This document shows, one piece after another, positions 38,526-47,341 of a stretch of DNA of 64,000 nucleotides. Position 1 is the stretch's first letter. Each line of letters begins with the position of its first letter. Position numbers and translations under genes: made by a program. This stretch comes from Nitrospirota bacterium (lineage in GTDB: Bacteria > Nitrospirota > UBA9217), in assembly GCA_035623825.1 (NCBI GenBank), contig DASPSR010000034.1, positions 1-64,000 on the forward strand. The letters are read 5' to 3'. The notes under the pieces are model-generated. The model was not told the DNA's origin and did not search any database. It was given only the letters and a program-made list of their open reading frames with translations.

Positions 38526-39500
38526 CTAATCCACCACCTTCAGAATGATCTTGCCTTTGGACTGCCTGCCCTCGAGAAGCCGGTGCGCCTTATCCGCCTC
38601 GGCGAGCGGCAGAGTGCAGTCGATGCGGAGCTTCATCCACCCCTCCTTGATGGCGCTCAGGACATCTCCGGACCTGCGGAGGATCTCTTCCCGTGCGGCT
38701 GTGAAATTGTGCAGGCTTCCTCCGGACAGGGAAATCGATTTCATCATGAGGTTATTTGGTATGATGGGGTCAGCGGTGCCGCTGGCAGCGCCGTAGACCA
38801 CCACGTGTCCGCGGACGGCGACGGCCTCCAGGTCGCCCGGGAACGTGCTTTTCCCCACGCCGTCCAGTATGAGATCCGCACCGCGGCCGCCCGTCAGGCG
38901 CTTCGTCTCAGCAGCAAAATCCTGTTTGGTATAGATTATCGCGTGATCGGCGCCTGCTTCCCGGGCCGCGGCCGCCTTCGCATCGTTTCCGACTGTACCG
39001 ATGACCAATGCGCCCAGATGCTTGGCCCACTGCACGAGAAGTCCGCCCACGCCCCCTGCGGCGGCGTGAACCAAGACGGTGCTGCCTTGTTCAGGTTTGC
39101 GAAACTCATGGATGAGGTAGTGAGCCGTCATCCCCTGCAAGGGAAACGCCGCTCCGTCGGCAAACGAGAAGCCATGGGGCAGCCGGATCAGCCGCCAAAC
39201 CTCGATTGTTGTGTATTCGCTGTAACTTCCGAGGTGGCCGGTATAGGCTACCCTGTCCCCAGGGCGGAACTCCGTCACCTTTTCCCCCACTTCCTCCACC
39301 ACGCCCGCCGCCTCCAACCCGGGGATAAAGGGAAGCTTCACAGGATAGAACCCACGCCGCTGGTAGATATCGACGAAGTTCACGCCTGCCGCATGAATCT
39401 TGACGAGCGCCTGGCCTGGCCCGGGTTTCATCAATGGAGCTCTGTCCGTCATTTTCAGCACATCCGCCTCACCGTGGGCTGAGATCATGATGGCTTTCAT
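38526..39500 (-). CDS. qor: NADPH:quinone oxidoreductase (zeta-crystallin family)
   Basis: GVNFVDIYQR.G.Y, PGLEAAG, QGMTAHYL, HAAAGGVG, DGVGK, YGAASG. Confidence 0.92.
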   Translation of the reverse strand: MKAIMISAHGEADVLKMTDRAPLMKPGPGQALVKIHAAGVNFVDIYQRRGFYPVKLPFIPGLEAAGVVEEVGEKVTEFRPGDRVAYTGHLGSYSEYTTIEVWRLIRLPHGFSFADGAAFPLQGMTAHYLIHEFRKPEQGSTVLVHAAAGGVGGLLVQWAKHLGALVIGTVGNDAKAAAAREAGADHAIIYTKQDFAAETKRLTGGRGADLILDGVGKSTFPGDLEAVAVRGHVVVYGAASGTADPIIPNNLMMKSISLSGGSLHNFTAAREEILRRSGDVLSAIKEGWMKLRIDCTLPLAEADKAHRLLEGRQSKGKIILKVVD

Positions 39501-39638
39501 GGTTTCCTCCTCGCTGAAGGCAAACGATTGACATCTCTCACCGCCGACGCACGGGGAAAATAAAAATCTCTCAGGAGAGCACCGACAGATCTGAAGCTTT
39601 TCTTCTCCGTGCCTCGATGGTCAAGTCTTCTTCCGAGC

Positions 39639-40694
39639 CTATGCCGCCCTCTTGGCCTCGGCCTTTATTTCCGCCGCCGGCCGCCGGTCGCGACTTTGCC
39701 GGTCGATCATCCATCCCGGATACTCTGGAGGCAGCGCGCTTGCTGCATCGAGCTGGGCCACATGCTCCGGTTCAAGCATCACGTCGCTCGCGGCAAGGTT
39801 GTCCACCAGCTGCTCTCGCGTCTTCGCCCCAATGATGACGCTTGTGACGAAGGGCCGCGTCAGAAGCCAAGCGAGGGAGACCCGCGCAACGGATATGCCC
39901 ATTGCCCCTGCGACGGCGCGCAGGGCCACGAGCACGTTCTTCGCTCGTTCGCGGTTCACGGGAGGAAAGTCGAACGTGGTGCGCCGTGCGCCCTCGGGGC
40001 CGGGTTTCTCCAGGTCGAACTTGCCCGAAAGCAATCCTCCCGCAAGGGGGCTCCAGGGAAGGATGGCAAGACCTTGATCCTGGGCCAGCGGTACCACCTC
40101 GCGCTCGATGTCGCGGCCTGCGAGCGAGTAGTACATCTGCGCGCTGACAAAGCGTGAGAGATTATGTGCGTCAGCGTACGCGATCGCCTTCATCGCCTGC
40201 CAAGCCGGCAGGTTGCTGAAACCCACGTACCGAGCCTTGCCGCTGCGCACTATGTCGTCAAGTGCGCGTACAGTCTCCTCGATGGGTGTATCGAGATCTG
40301 AGCCGTGAATCTGATAGAGGTCGACGAAATCGAGATTCAGGCGCCTGAGGCTGGCTTCAATGGAAGCCATGATGTGGCCACGGGACAAACCGATGTCGTT
40401 CGGCCCGGGCCCGGTACGTCCTCGGACTTTTGTCGCGACTATGACCTGGTCGCGCGGCCGACCGAGCGATGCAAGGGCCATTCCCACATGCTTCTCCGAT
40501 TCTCCCTCGGAGTAAACATCCGCCGTGTCGATGATGTTCACGCCCCCATCGAGCGCAGTACCGATGAGTGTCTCGGCCTCGGACGCCGTAAGCCTTCCGA
40601 TGGCTTCCCAGAACCCCTTTCCGCCAAAGGTCATGGTCCCAAGGCAAAGCTCGGAGACGTAGAGGCCCGTTTTTCCGAAAAGACGATAACGCAT
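39639..40694 (-). CDS. aldo/keto reductase
   Basis: LCLGTMTFG, DTADVYS.GESE, ATK, DLYQIH, G.SN, WSPLAGG.LSGK. Confidence 0.93.
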   Translation of the reverse strand: MRYRLFGKTGLYVSELCLGTMTFGGKGFWEAIGRLTASEAETLIGTALDGGVNIIDTADVYSEGESEKHVGMALASLGRPRDQVIVATKVRGRTGPGPNDIGLSRGHIMASIEASLRRLNLDFVDLYQIHGSDLDTPIEETVRALDDIVRSGKARYVGFSNLPAWQAMKAIAYADAHNLSRFVSAQMYYSLAGRDIEREVVPLAQDQGLAILPWSPLAGGLLSGKFDLEKPGPEGARRTTFDFPPVNRERAKNVLVALRAVAGAMGISVARVSLAWLLTRPFVTSVIIGAKTREQLVDNLAASDVMLEPEHVAQLDAASALPPEYPGWMIDRQSRDRRPAAEIKAEAKRAA

Positions 40695-40960
40695 ATTTTT
40701 CTCCTTTCTTGTTTCTGCCCGGCTGATCAGCCGACTAAAGTAGTATCAGGTTAACAGCCGCTGATGCACTCCCTAAAAAAAGCATAGCAAGATTTTCAAA
40801 AAATGGATAGAGCTTCGAAGTAATTCAAGAGGGCAGAGTCAGAAAGAAACGGAGTATAATTTGATGACGAGGAGCACTGGAGGAACATAGTGTTGCGACT
40901 CACTTCATATGCATGTATTGTTCTTGATCTATGAAGACGCCGGCTGACGAGATCCGTCGA

Positions 40961-43900
40961 TCAGACCTCTGTCCTCATTGCTGCTTCGCGATCGCGGTCC
41001 TTGCTGTGGTCGCGTGCGACGAGCATGTATATGGAGGGAACGATGAAGAGAGTAAAAAGCGTGCCGATGAACAAGCCGCCCACCAGGACGACGCCGATTG
41101 AGTTGCGCGCCGCGGCTCCTGCGCCCGAGACGAGCGTCAGCGGAAAGTGGCCTGCTATGGTGGCCGCGGTGGTCATCAAAATCGGGCGCAACCGGGTCAA
41201 CGACGCTTGGCGTACGGCTTCGAGCTTGGCGATGCCCTGAAGCTGGAGCTTATTGGCGAACTCGACGATCAGGATACCGTTCTTTGACACCAGCCCGACC
41301 AATGTCACCAATCCTACCTGCGAATAGATGTTGAGAGTGGTGGTCCAGCCGTGGGTCCAGAACGGCACGTTCGGGTCAGGCATCTTCAGGAACGTGAAGA
41401 CGAGCGCGCCGAAGATCGCGAGCGGCACCGAGCCAGCGAGGATGACGAAGGGATCGCGGAAGCTATTGAACTGGGCCGCCAGCACCAGGAAGATCATGAT
41501 AATGGCGAGGGTGAAGGCAGGGAGGAACTTGCTCCCCTCTGTGCGCAGCTGACGCGACTCACCGGTGTAATCGATGACATACCCCTTAGGGAGGATCTTG
41601 TTCGCCTCGTCCTCGAGAAAACGCAAAGCCTCGTCCAGCGGCCTCATAGCCACGCCGCTGATCTTTACCGCATTCAACTGCTGGAAATGGTTGAGCGAGC
41701 GGGGAACAACGCTCTCACGGATGGTCGCGACTGTGGAAAGCGGCACCAGTGTGCCGCTCGGGCCGGTGACGTAGATATCCTTCAGCTGCTCAGGGGTGAG
41801 GCGGTTTACGCGCTGAATCTGAGGAATAACCTTGTAGCTCCGCCCCGCTATATCGAAGCGATTGACAAAGTCGCCCCCGACCATCCCGCCCAGATCGGCG
41901 CCGATCTGTGCGAGGCTGAGACCAAGGGCAGCGACCTTGTCGCGATCGATGATGAACTCGGCTTGCGGTTGGTCGATCTTGACGTCGATGAGCGGCGGGA
42001 AAGCGAACATGCCGCTCTGCATCGCTTTCTGCTGCAGCTTCTGGGCAAAATCGAGTATCTGCTCGGTCTCCGCTGTGGAAGCCAGGACGAACTCAACCGG
42101 GAATTGGCCGCCGCCAGGGAGGGCCGGCGGTGTAACGGGGAGCATCCGGATGCCGGGTATAGATTGAAGCTTATGCTGCACCTCGGGAACTATCTGGAAG
42201 ATGGTCCGCTTGCGTGCGCTCCACGGTTTGGTGACCATTCCGCCGAAGCCTGAGCTGGGTAAGGTGATCTGGAAGGTGAACTCGGTTTCTGGCACGCTCA
42301 GAAAGGCCTTGTTGGCTGCGGCGGCGTAAAGGCTGGTCTGGTCGAGAGTGGAGTCTGCTGAGGCGTCAAGAATGCCGAAGATGACCCCTTGGTCCTCCAT
42401 AGGCGCCAGCTCCTTGGCGGACATGGTGAACATGGGTATTGTGATGAGGCACAAGACGATCCATACCGCGTAAACGGCCGGGCGGGCACGGAGAGTTGCA
42501 TCGAGACTGCGTCCGTATGCTTGCTGGAGGCGCTTGAAATCTCGGGAGATCCGTCCTGCCAGGCCATGCTCCCCGATACCTGGTTTGAGAAGCCAGCTGG
42601 ACATGACTGGCGACAGGGTCAGTGCGACGATTCCGGAGATCGTGACCGCTCCAGCGAGGGTGAAGGCGAATTCGCGAAAGAGCGAGCCTGTAAGCCCCCC
42701 TTGGAGGCCGATGGGGAGGTAGACCGCTGCCAGAGTGATGGTCATGGCGATGATTGGTCCGACCAGTTCGCGGGATCCGAGCAGGGCCGCCTCCCGTGGG
42801 CTCTGCCCTAGGCTTATGTGGCGCGCTACATTTTCCACCACGACGATTGCGTCGTCCACCACGAGACCGACCGAAAGGACGATTGCGAGGAGGGTGAGGA
42901 GATTAACGGTAAAGCCGAAGGCCTGCATCAGAAAGACGCCGCCGATAAGTGACACCGGGATTGCCACCACGGGAACGAACACCGAGCGGAAAGAGCCCAG
43001 AAAAAGGAAGATGACGAGGATGACAATCAGGAGCGTATCGCCGAGGGTCTTCAGCACCTCGCGGATAGCGTTGTTGATGTAGTCAGTGGCGTCGTAGGCT
43101 ACGCGCGCTTGCAACCCGGTCGGGAGGTCATGCTGTATCGCCGCCATCTCGGTCTGTATGCGCTTGATGACATCGATTGAGTTGGCGTTTGGGAGGGGCC
43201 ATATCCCCATGAACACCGCGGTCTGACCCGAGAAGCGGACCTCGGTATCATAATCCTCGGCGCCCAGCACGACATCGGCGATATCCCCCAGGCGCACGAT
43301 GGCGCCATCCTGCTCGCGCACTGCCAAACGCCTGAACTCCTCCACCGTGCGAAGATTGGTGTTCGCGCTCAAGTTGACCTGGATGAGCGCACCCTTGCTC
43401 ATTCCGAGTGCGGATAGGGAGTTGTTCGCCACCAGCGCCTGACGCACCTGCGCAGGGCTTATGTTGAGGGCAGCCATCCGCTCGGGCTTGAGCCAGATTC
43501 GCATGGCAAACGTGCGACCCCCCAGGATGTCGGCCCGCTGCACCCCGGAGACCGACGACAGGCGCGGTTGGACAACACGCACCAGATAATCGGTGATCTC
43601 GTTCTGATGCAGGATGTCTGAAGTGAAGCTCAAATAGGCCGAGGCGAACTGGCTGTCAGCCGACACGATGTTGATCACCGGCACCTCTGCCTCGGCCGGC
43701 AGGTCGCGTCGCACTTGATCGACCTTGGAACTGATCTCGGACAGGGCTTTCGTGGAGTCGTAGTTGAGTTTGAGGCGTACACTGATCGTGGACTGGCCGA
43801 GGCTGCTCTGTGACTCCATATATTCGATTCCGTCGGCGGCAGCGATGGCGCGCTCAAGGGGGGTGGTGATGAATCCGCGCACGAGTTCGGCATCGGCGCC

Positions 43901-44056
43901 GACGTAAACGGTCGTGACGGTGACTGCGGCGTTCTCGCTGTGCGGATACTGGCGCACGTTGAGGGTGCGGATTGCCTGCAGGCCGGCAATGATGATGACC
44001 AGGTTGACCACCAGCGCCAGGACAGGACGGCGTAAGAAGAGATCGGTAATATTCAT
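40961..44056 (-). CDS. RND efflux permease (AcrB/MexW-like)
   Basis: 1031 aa; GLVVDDAIVVVEN, ALTLSP, KNGILIVEFA, RLRPILMT. Confidence 0.95.
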   Translation of the reverse strand: MNITDLFLRRPVLALVVNLVIIIAGLQAIRTLNVRQYPHSENAAVTVTTVYVGADAELVRGFITTPLERAIAAADGIEYMESQSSLGQSTISVRLKLNYDSTKALSEISSKVDQVRRDLPAEAEVPVINIVSADSQFASAYLSFTSDILHQNEITDYLVRVVQPRLSSVSGVQRADILGGRTFAMRIWLKPERMAALNISPAQVRQALVANNSLSALGMSKGALIQVNLSANTNLRTVEEFRRLAVREQDGAIVRLGDIADVVLGAEDYDTEVRFSGQTAVFMGIWPLPNANSIDVIKRIQTEMAAIQHDLPTGLQARVAYDATDYINNAIREVLKTLGDTLLIVILVIFLFLGSFRSVFVPVVAIPVSLIGGVFLMQAFGFTVNLLTLLAIVLSVGLVVDDAIVVVENVARHISLGQSPREAALLGSRELVGPIIAMTITLAAVYLPIGLQGGLTGSLFREFAFTLAGAVTISGIVALTLSPVMSSWLLKPGIGEHGLAGRISRDFKRLQQAYGRSLDATLRARPAVYAVWIVLCLITIPMFTMSAKELAPMEDQGVIFGILDASADSTLDQTSLYAAAANKAFLSVPETEFTFQITLPSSGFGGMVTKPWSARKRTIFQIVPEVQHKLQSIPGIRMLPVTPPALPGGGQFPVEFVLASTAETEQILDFAQKLQQKAMQSGMFAFPPLIDVKIDQPQAEFIIDRDKVAALGLSLAQIGADLGGMVGGDFVNRFDIAGRSYKVIPQIQRVNRLTPEQLKDIYVTGPSGTLVPLSTVATIRESVVPRSLNHFQQLNAVKISGVAMRPLDEALRFLEDEANKILPKGYVIDYTGESRQLRTEGSKFLPAFTLAIIMIFLVLAAQFNSFRDPFVILAGSVPLAIFGALVFTFLKMPDPNVPFWTHGWTTTLNIYSQVGLVTLVGLVSKNGILIVEFANKLQLQGIAKLEAVRQASLTRLRPILMTTAATIAGHFPLTLVSGAGAAARNSIGVVLVGGLFIGTLFTLFIVPSIYMLVARDHSKDRDREAAMRTEV

Positions 44057-44062
44057 GGAAAG

Positions 44063-45181
44063 TCAGTTGTTCTCCGGTGTCGGTTCTTTCAGAAAATTGG
44101 GGGCCAGCGCATTGTCGATGACCACTGATTGGCCGTTACGTAATTTGAAAACGCCGGTGCTGACTATCGCTTCCCCCCCTTGCAGCCCGTTCGTGACGGC
44201 AATGAAATCGCCGCGCTTGGGACCAAGGCGCACGAACTGCTGGCGCAGCACCTTTCCTTTGTTCCCTGCGGAGTCCTCGATGATGTAGACCGAGTCCCCG
44301 TAGGGGGCATACAGGACCGCTGTTGCAGGAATGGCGAGGACCTTCTGCTGAGCCGGTAGCTCCACCGCTACGTTGGCGAACATGCCGGGCCGCAGCATGT
44401 TGCCGCGATTGGCCGCGGTCGCCTGCACCTTGATCTGACGAGTGTCGTGTTCGATAAGAGGGTTTATGGCGGTAATCCGGCCCGGCAACGTCGCCCCTGG
44501 TGTCGCATCGGTCGTAACATGCACGGTCAGTCCAAGGCGCACCAGCGGGAGATCCTGCTCAGGCAGGGAGAAGTCTACAAAAATCGGATCCAGGGACTGC
44601 AACGTCACTATTGGGTCTGCCTCGCGGAGCATCTGCCCCAGGTTGACCTGCCTGATGCCGAGATGGCCGCTGAAGGGGGCGCGGATCGTCTTCTTGGCGA
44701 TTGAGGCTCGTATATTCTCGACTTGTGCCTTCGCCTGCTCCTCGTTCGCCACGGCGTTATCGCGGTCAACCTGGGAAATGAGGTTCTTCGCGAACAGCTG
44801 GTTCATTCTCTCGAGGTTGGCGCGTGACAGGTTCTCCTGGGCTACAGCTCCGGGGAGCTGGGCCTCTTCCGAGGACGTGTCCTGGCGCAGCAAGATATCC
44901 CCCTTCTTCACCTGTGTCCCCGCCTCGAAAGCGATCTCGACCACTTTTCCAGACAGCTCGGCGGCTATGGTGACCCCTTGTACGGCGTTCATCGTGCCGA
45001 CGGCGGACAGTACGGTCGTCCATGACTCTGCTTTTACTGTCTCCGAGGTCACGGTCTCCGGCGGCGGCATGAATTTCTTGCTCTTGTCGATCATGGCGCC
45101 TATCTGCAGGGCCTTTACGGTCACAAGAATGGCGATGAGAACGACCAGGCCGATGATAGTAATTTTGAAATTCTTCTTCAT
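44063..45181 (-). CDS. RND periplasmic adaptor (membrane fusion protein)
   Basis: N-terminal TM; lipoyl halves G.V..I.FE.G..V.KG and IRAPFSG.LG; LRPGMF. Confidence 0.93.
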   Translation of the reverse strand: MKKNFKITIIGLVVLIAILVTVKALQIGAMIDKSKKFMPPPETVTSETVKAESWTTVLSAVGTMNAVQGVTIAAELSGKVVEIAFEAGTQVKKGDILLRQDTSSEEAQLPGAVAQENLSRANLERMNQLFAKNLISQVDRDNAVANEEQAKAQVENIRASIAKKTIRAPFSGHLGIRQVNLGQMLREADPIVTLQSLDPIFVDFSLPEQDLPLVRLGLTVHVTTDATPGATLPGRITAINPLIEHDTRQIKVQATAANRGNMLRPGMFANVAVELPAQQKVLAIPATAVLYAPYGDSVYIIEDSAGNKGKVLRQQFVRLGPKRGDFIAVTNGLQGGEAIVSTGVFKLRNGQSVVIDNALAPNFLKEPTPENN

Positions 45182-45232
45182 GTTTTGGATAACTCCGATC
45201 TCTTGTCAAGCGTGGCCCCATACGATCAGCCG

Positions 45233-45751
45233 CTAGGGCTTTTCTTGTTCAGCAAATCTGCCCTGATATTTAGCATGACCACTGCATCTTTCAAATATGA
45301 ATTGGCAAATCTTGGTGCCAGGATATAAGGCTAACGGTCCATGCCCTAAATTCACTATTTCCAAAACCTGATGGTTGGAGATGCCCGGATGCATAAAACC
45401 AGCGGTTACATGGACAGCGAGTCCAAAACGCGCGAACCTGCTTCTACCCTCAAGTCGTCCGGATATGTTATCAGCTAGGGTGATCTTTTCTTTCGTTATT
45501 CCCAGGACCATCTCACCCGGCTTAATAATTATGTAACCTCCATCTTTAACATGGATATGTTTGGTCATGGATTGAAAAGAGGAATCGTTCTTTACGTGAC
45601 AGATCTTTGATTGTCTTTTAAAAATCCTGAAATCATTACCTAAAGTGAGATCAATTGAACCAGGTCCGATCTGCGATTTATCGAGCGGGTCGATGATGAT
45701 CGATTTATTTTTTAAGGCTTTCTCGATTTCTTTTCCGATTAAGACGCTCAT
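45233..45751 (-). CDS. dcd: dCTP deaminase
   Basis: SIDLTLG, EGRSRFAR.GL.VH.TAG, LE..N, ICQ..F, Y.GRF..Q. Confidence 0.88.
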   Translation of the reverse strand: MSVLIGKEIEKALKNKSIIIDPLDKSQIGPGSIDLTLGNDFRIFKRQSKICHVKNDSSFQSMTKHIHVKDGGYIIIKPGEMVLGITKEKITLADNISGRLEGRSRFARFGLAVHVTAGFMHPGISNHQVLEIVNLGHGPLALYPGTKICQFIFERCSGHAKYQGRFAEQEKP

Positions 45752-45907
45752 ATGATTCTTGCCTCTCCATGTATTTTCCCCTTTTCATCTGGAATTGATT
45801 ACACACAGGTCTTGCAGCCTCGTTCGCGGCATCTCAGTCAGATATGTCTGAGACCTCAACGCCGGACTGCAAGTACCGCATGCTGGGCAATGCCGGATAC
45901 AGGGGCG

Positions 45908-47341
45908 TTACGCCAGATATTTCTTTATATCGATTTTGGCGGTGTAGGGATTGACGGTCCCGATGGCGGTGCGTTTATAGCTCCCGCCGACGGTTTCGAG
46001 GAGGCTGGCCTCCGTCCCCGATTCCTTTTCGGAGCCGTCAAACTTACTGAGGAGCAGGACTCGGGGACGCATCAAATCCCTGGTCTGGTGCACGACCAGC
46101 CCTATCTCTCCAGTATCGAGCTTAAGGATCGTGCCGATGGGGAAGATGCCTATCATGTTGACGAAGGCCTTGACGAGGATTGGGTTGAAAGTGGACCCGC
46201 GTTTGCTCAACAGGATCTGTATGGCCTTCTCGGCCGGCATCTGGACGCTATAGTACACCCGGGCGGCGGTCAGGGCCTCGTAGGCATCGGAGATGGCGAC
46301 TATCTGGGAGAAGAGATGCTGCTGGTGGCTGTCGTCCATCCGCGGGTAACCCCGGACGTCACCATGCTGGTGGTGTTCGAAGGCCGCCACCATTGCCATC
46401 TTGGAAACCCCCGGGATGTCAGCAAGGATCAAGGCCCCTTCGATGGGATGCCGTTTTACTTCTTCCCACTCGTCATCGGTGAGCTTGCCCGGTTTGTTGA
46501 TGATCTCGATCGGGACGCTGACCTTGCCGATATCGTGCATCAGCCCGGCAACGCCCAGGGCGGCAAGCTGTGGCTTTGAAAAGGACAAAAACGTTCCGAG
46601 AGACACAGCAAGGATAGCGGTGTTTACTGAGTGGGTAAAGGTATATTCGTCATACATCTTGAGGCTGGTCAGGCCTAGCAGGGCGTCCCGGTTCTCCAGC
46701 AGGTTATCGACCATGGTTTGGACGATGGTGTTCATTTTGACCATGTTGGCCGATTCGTCTCGATGGACGGCGTGGACCATATCCTTCACCGTCGTGACTG
46801 CGTCCATGAACATCACGGAGGCCTTTTTCTTCTCTTCAGAGAAGGAACTTCCTATCTTCTTGTCGACAAGCAGCACCCGGCGAAGCTCGATATGAGAGAT
46901 GTCCTCTTTTGCGACTACTTCCGCAGCGCCTCCCCGGGCGGTAAAGAACGAAAGGTCTTTGCTCATTACGCTTGCGAGCCTGATGAGCTCGGGAGCCGTG
47001 AGGGCCGGCTTGAATAGGATCCCGCCCACATCACGGGCCACAAAGTGTTCCATGAGCAGGGAAAGGCTCTGGTCGACGGGCACGGAGAGGGTCTCGAAAA
47101 AAAGCTCACCGGCGGCAAGGTAGAAGGCCACTTCCTTTCGGTCCACCAGCAGAGCTTCGATGGTGCCTAGGAGTTTTTCTGCGGTTGCAAGCAGGAAGGG
47201 GTGAGCCGCTGGATAGAGAGTCGCGTTCTTCATGACAGCCGACAACTGCTGAAACGCGGTCTTGGCCGAACCGATCAGCTGCTGTTTTGCAAAAAAAGAC
47301 TGTTGGGCCTCCGCCTGGCTATCGTTTTGCGATTCTGCCAT
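45908..47341 (-). CDS. HD-GYP cyclic-dinucleotide phosphodiesterase with uncharacterised N-terminal domain
   Basis: DEYTFTHSVN, LMHDIGK, HP..G, EHH....RGYP, ISDAYEALT..R.Y, G..P.G..L.L.TGE. Confidence 0.9.
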   Translation of the reverse strand: MAESQNDSQAEAQQSFFAKQQLIGSAKTAFQQLSAVMKNATLYPAAHPFLLATAEKLLGTIEALLVDRKEVAFYLAAGELFFETLSVPVDQSLSLLMEHFVARDVGGILFKPALTAPELIRLASVMSKDLSFFTARGGAAEVVAKEDISHIELRRVLLVDKKIGSSFSEEKKKASVMFMDAVTTVKDMVHAVHRDESANMVKMNTIVQTMVDNLLENRDALLGLTSLKMYDEYTFTHSVNTAILAVSLGTFLSFSKPQLAALGVAGLMHDIGKVSVPIEIINKPGKLTDDEWEEVKRHPIEGALILADIPGVSKMAMVAAFEHHQHGDVRGYPRMDDSHQQHLFSQIVAISDAYEALTAARVYYSVQMPAEKAIQILLSKRGSTFNPILVKAFVNMIGIFPIGTILKLDTGEIGLVVHQTRDLMRPRVLLLSKFDGSEKESGTEASLLETVGGSYKRTAIGTVNPYTAKIDIKKYLA

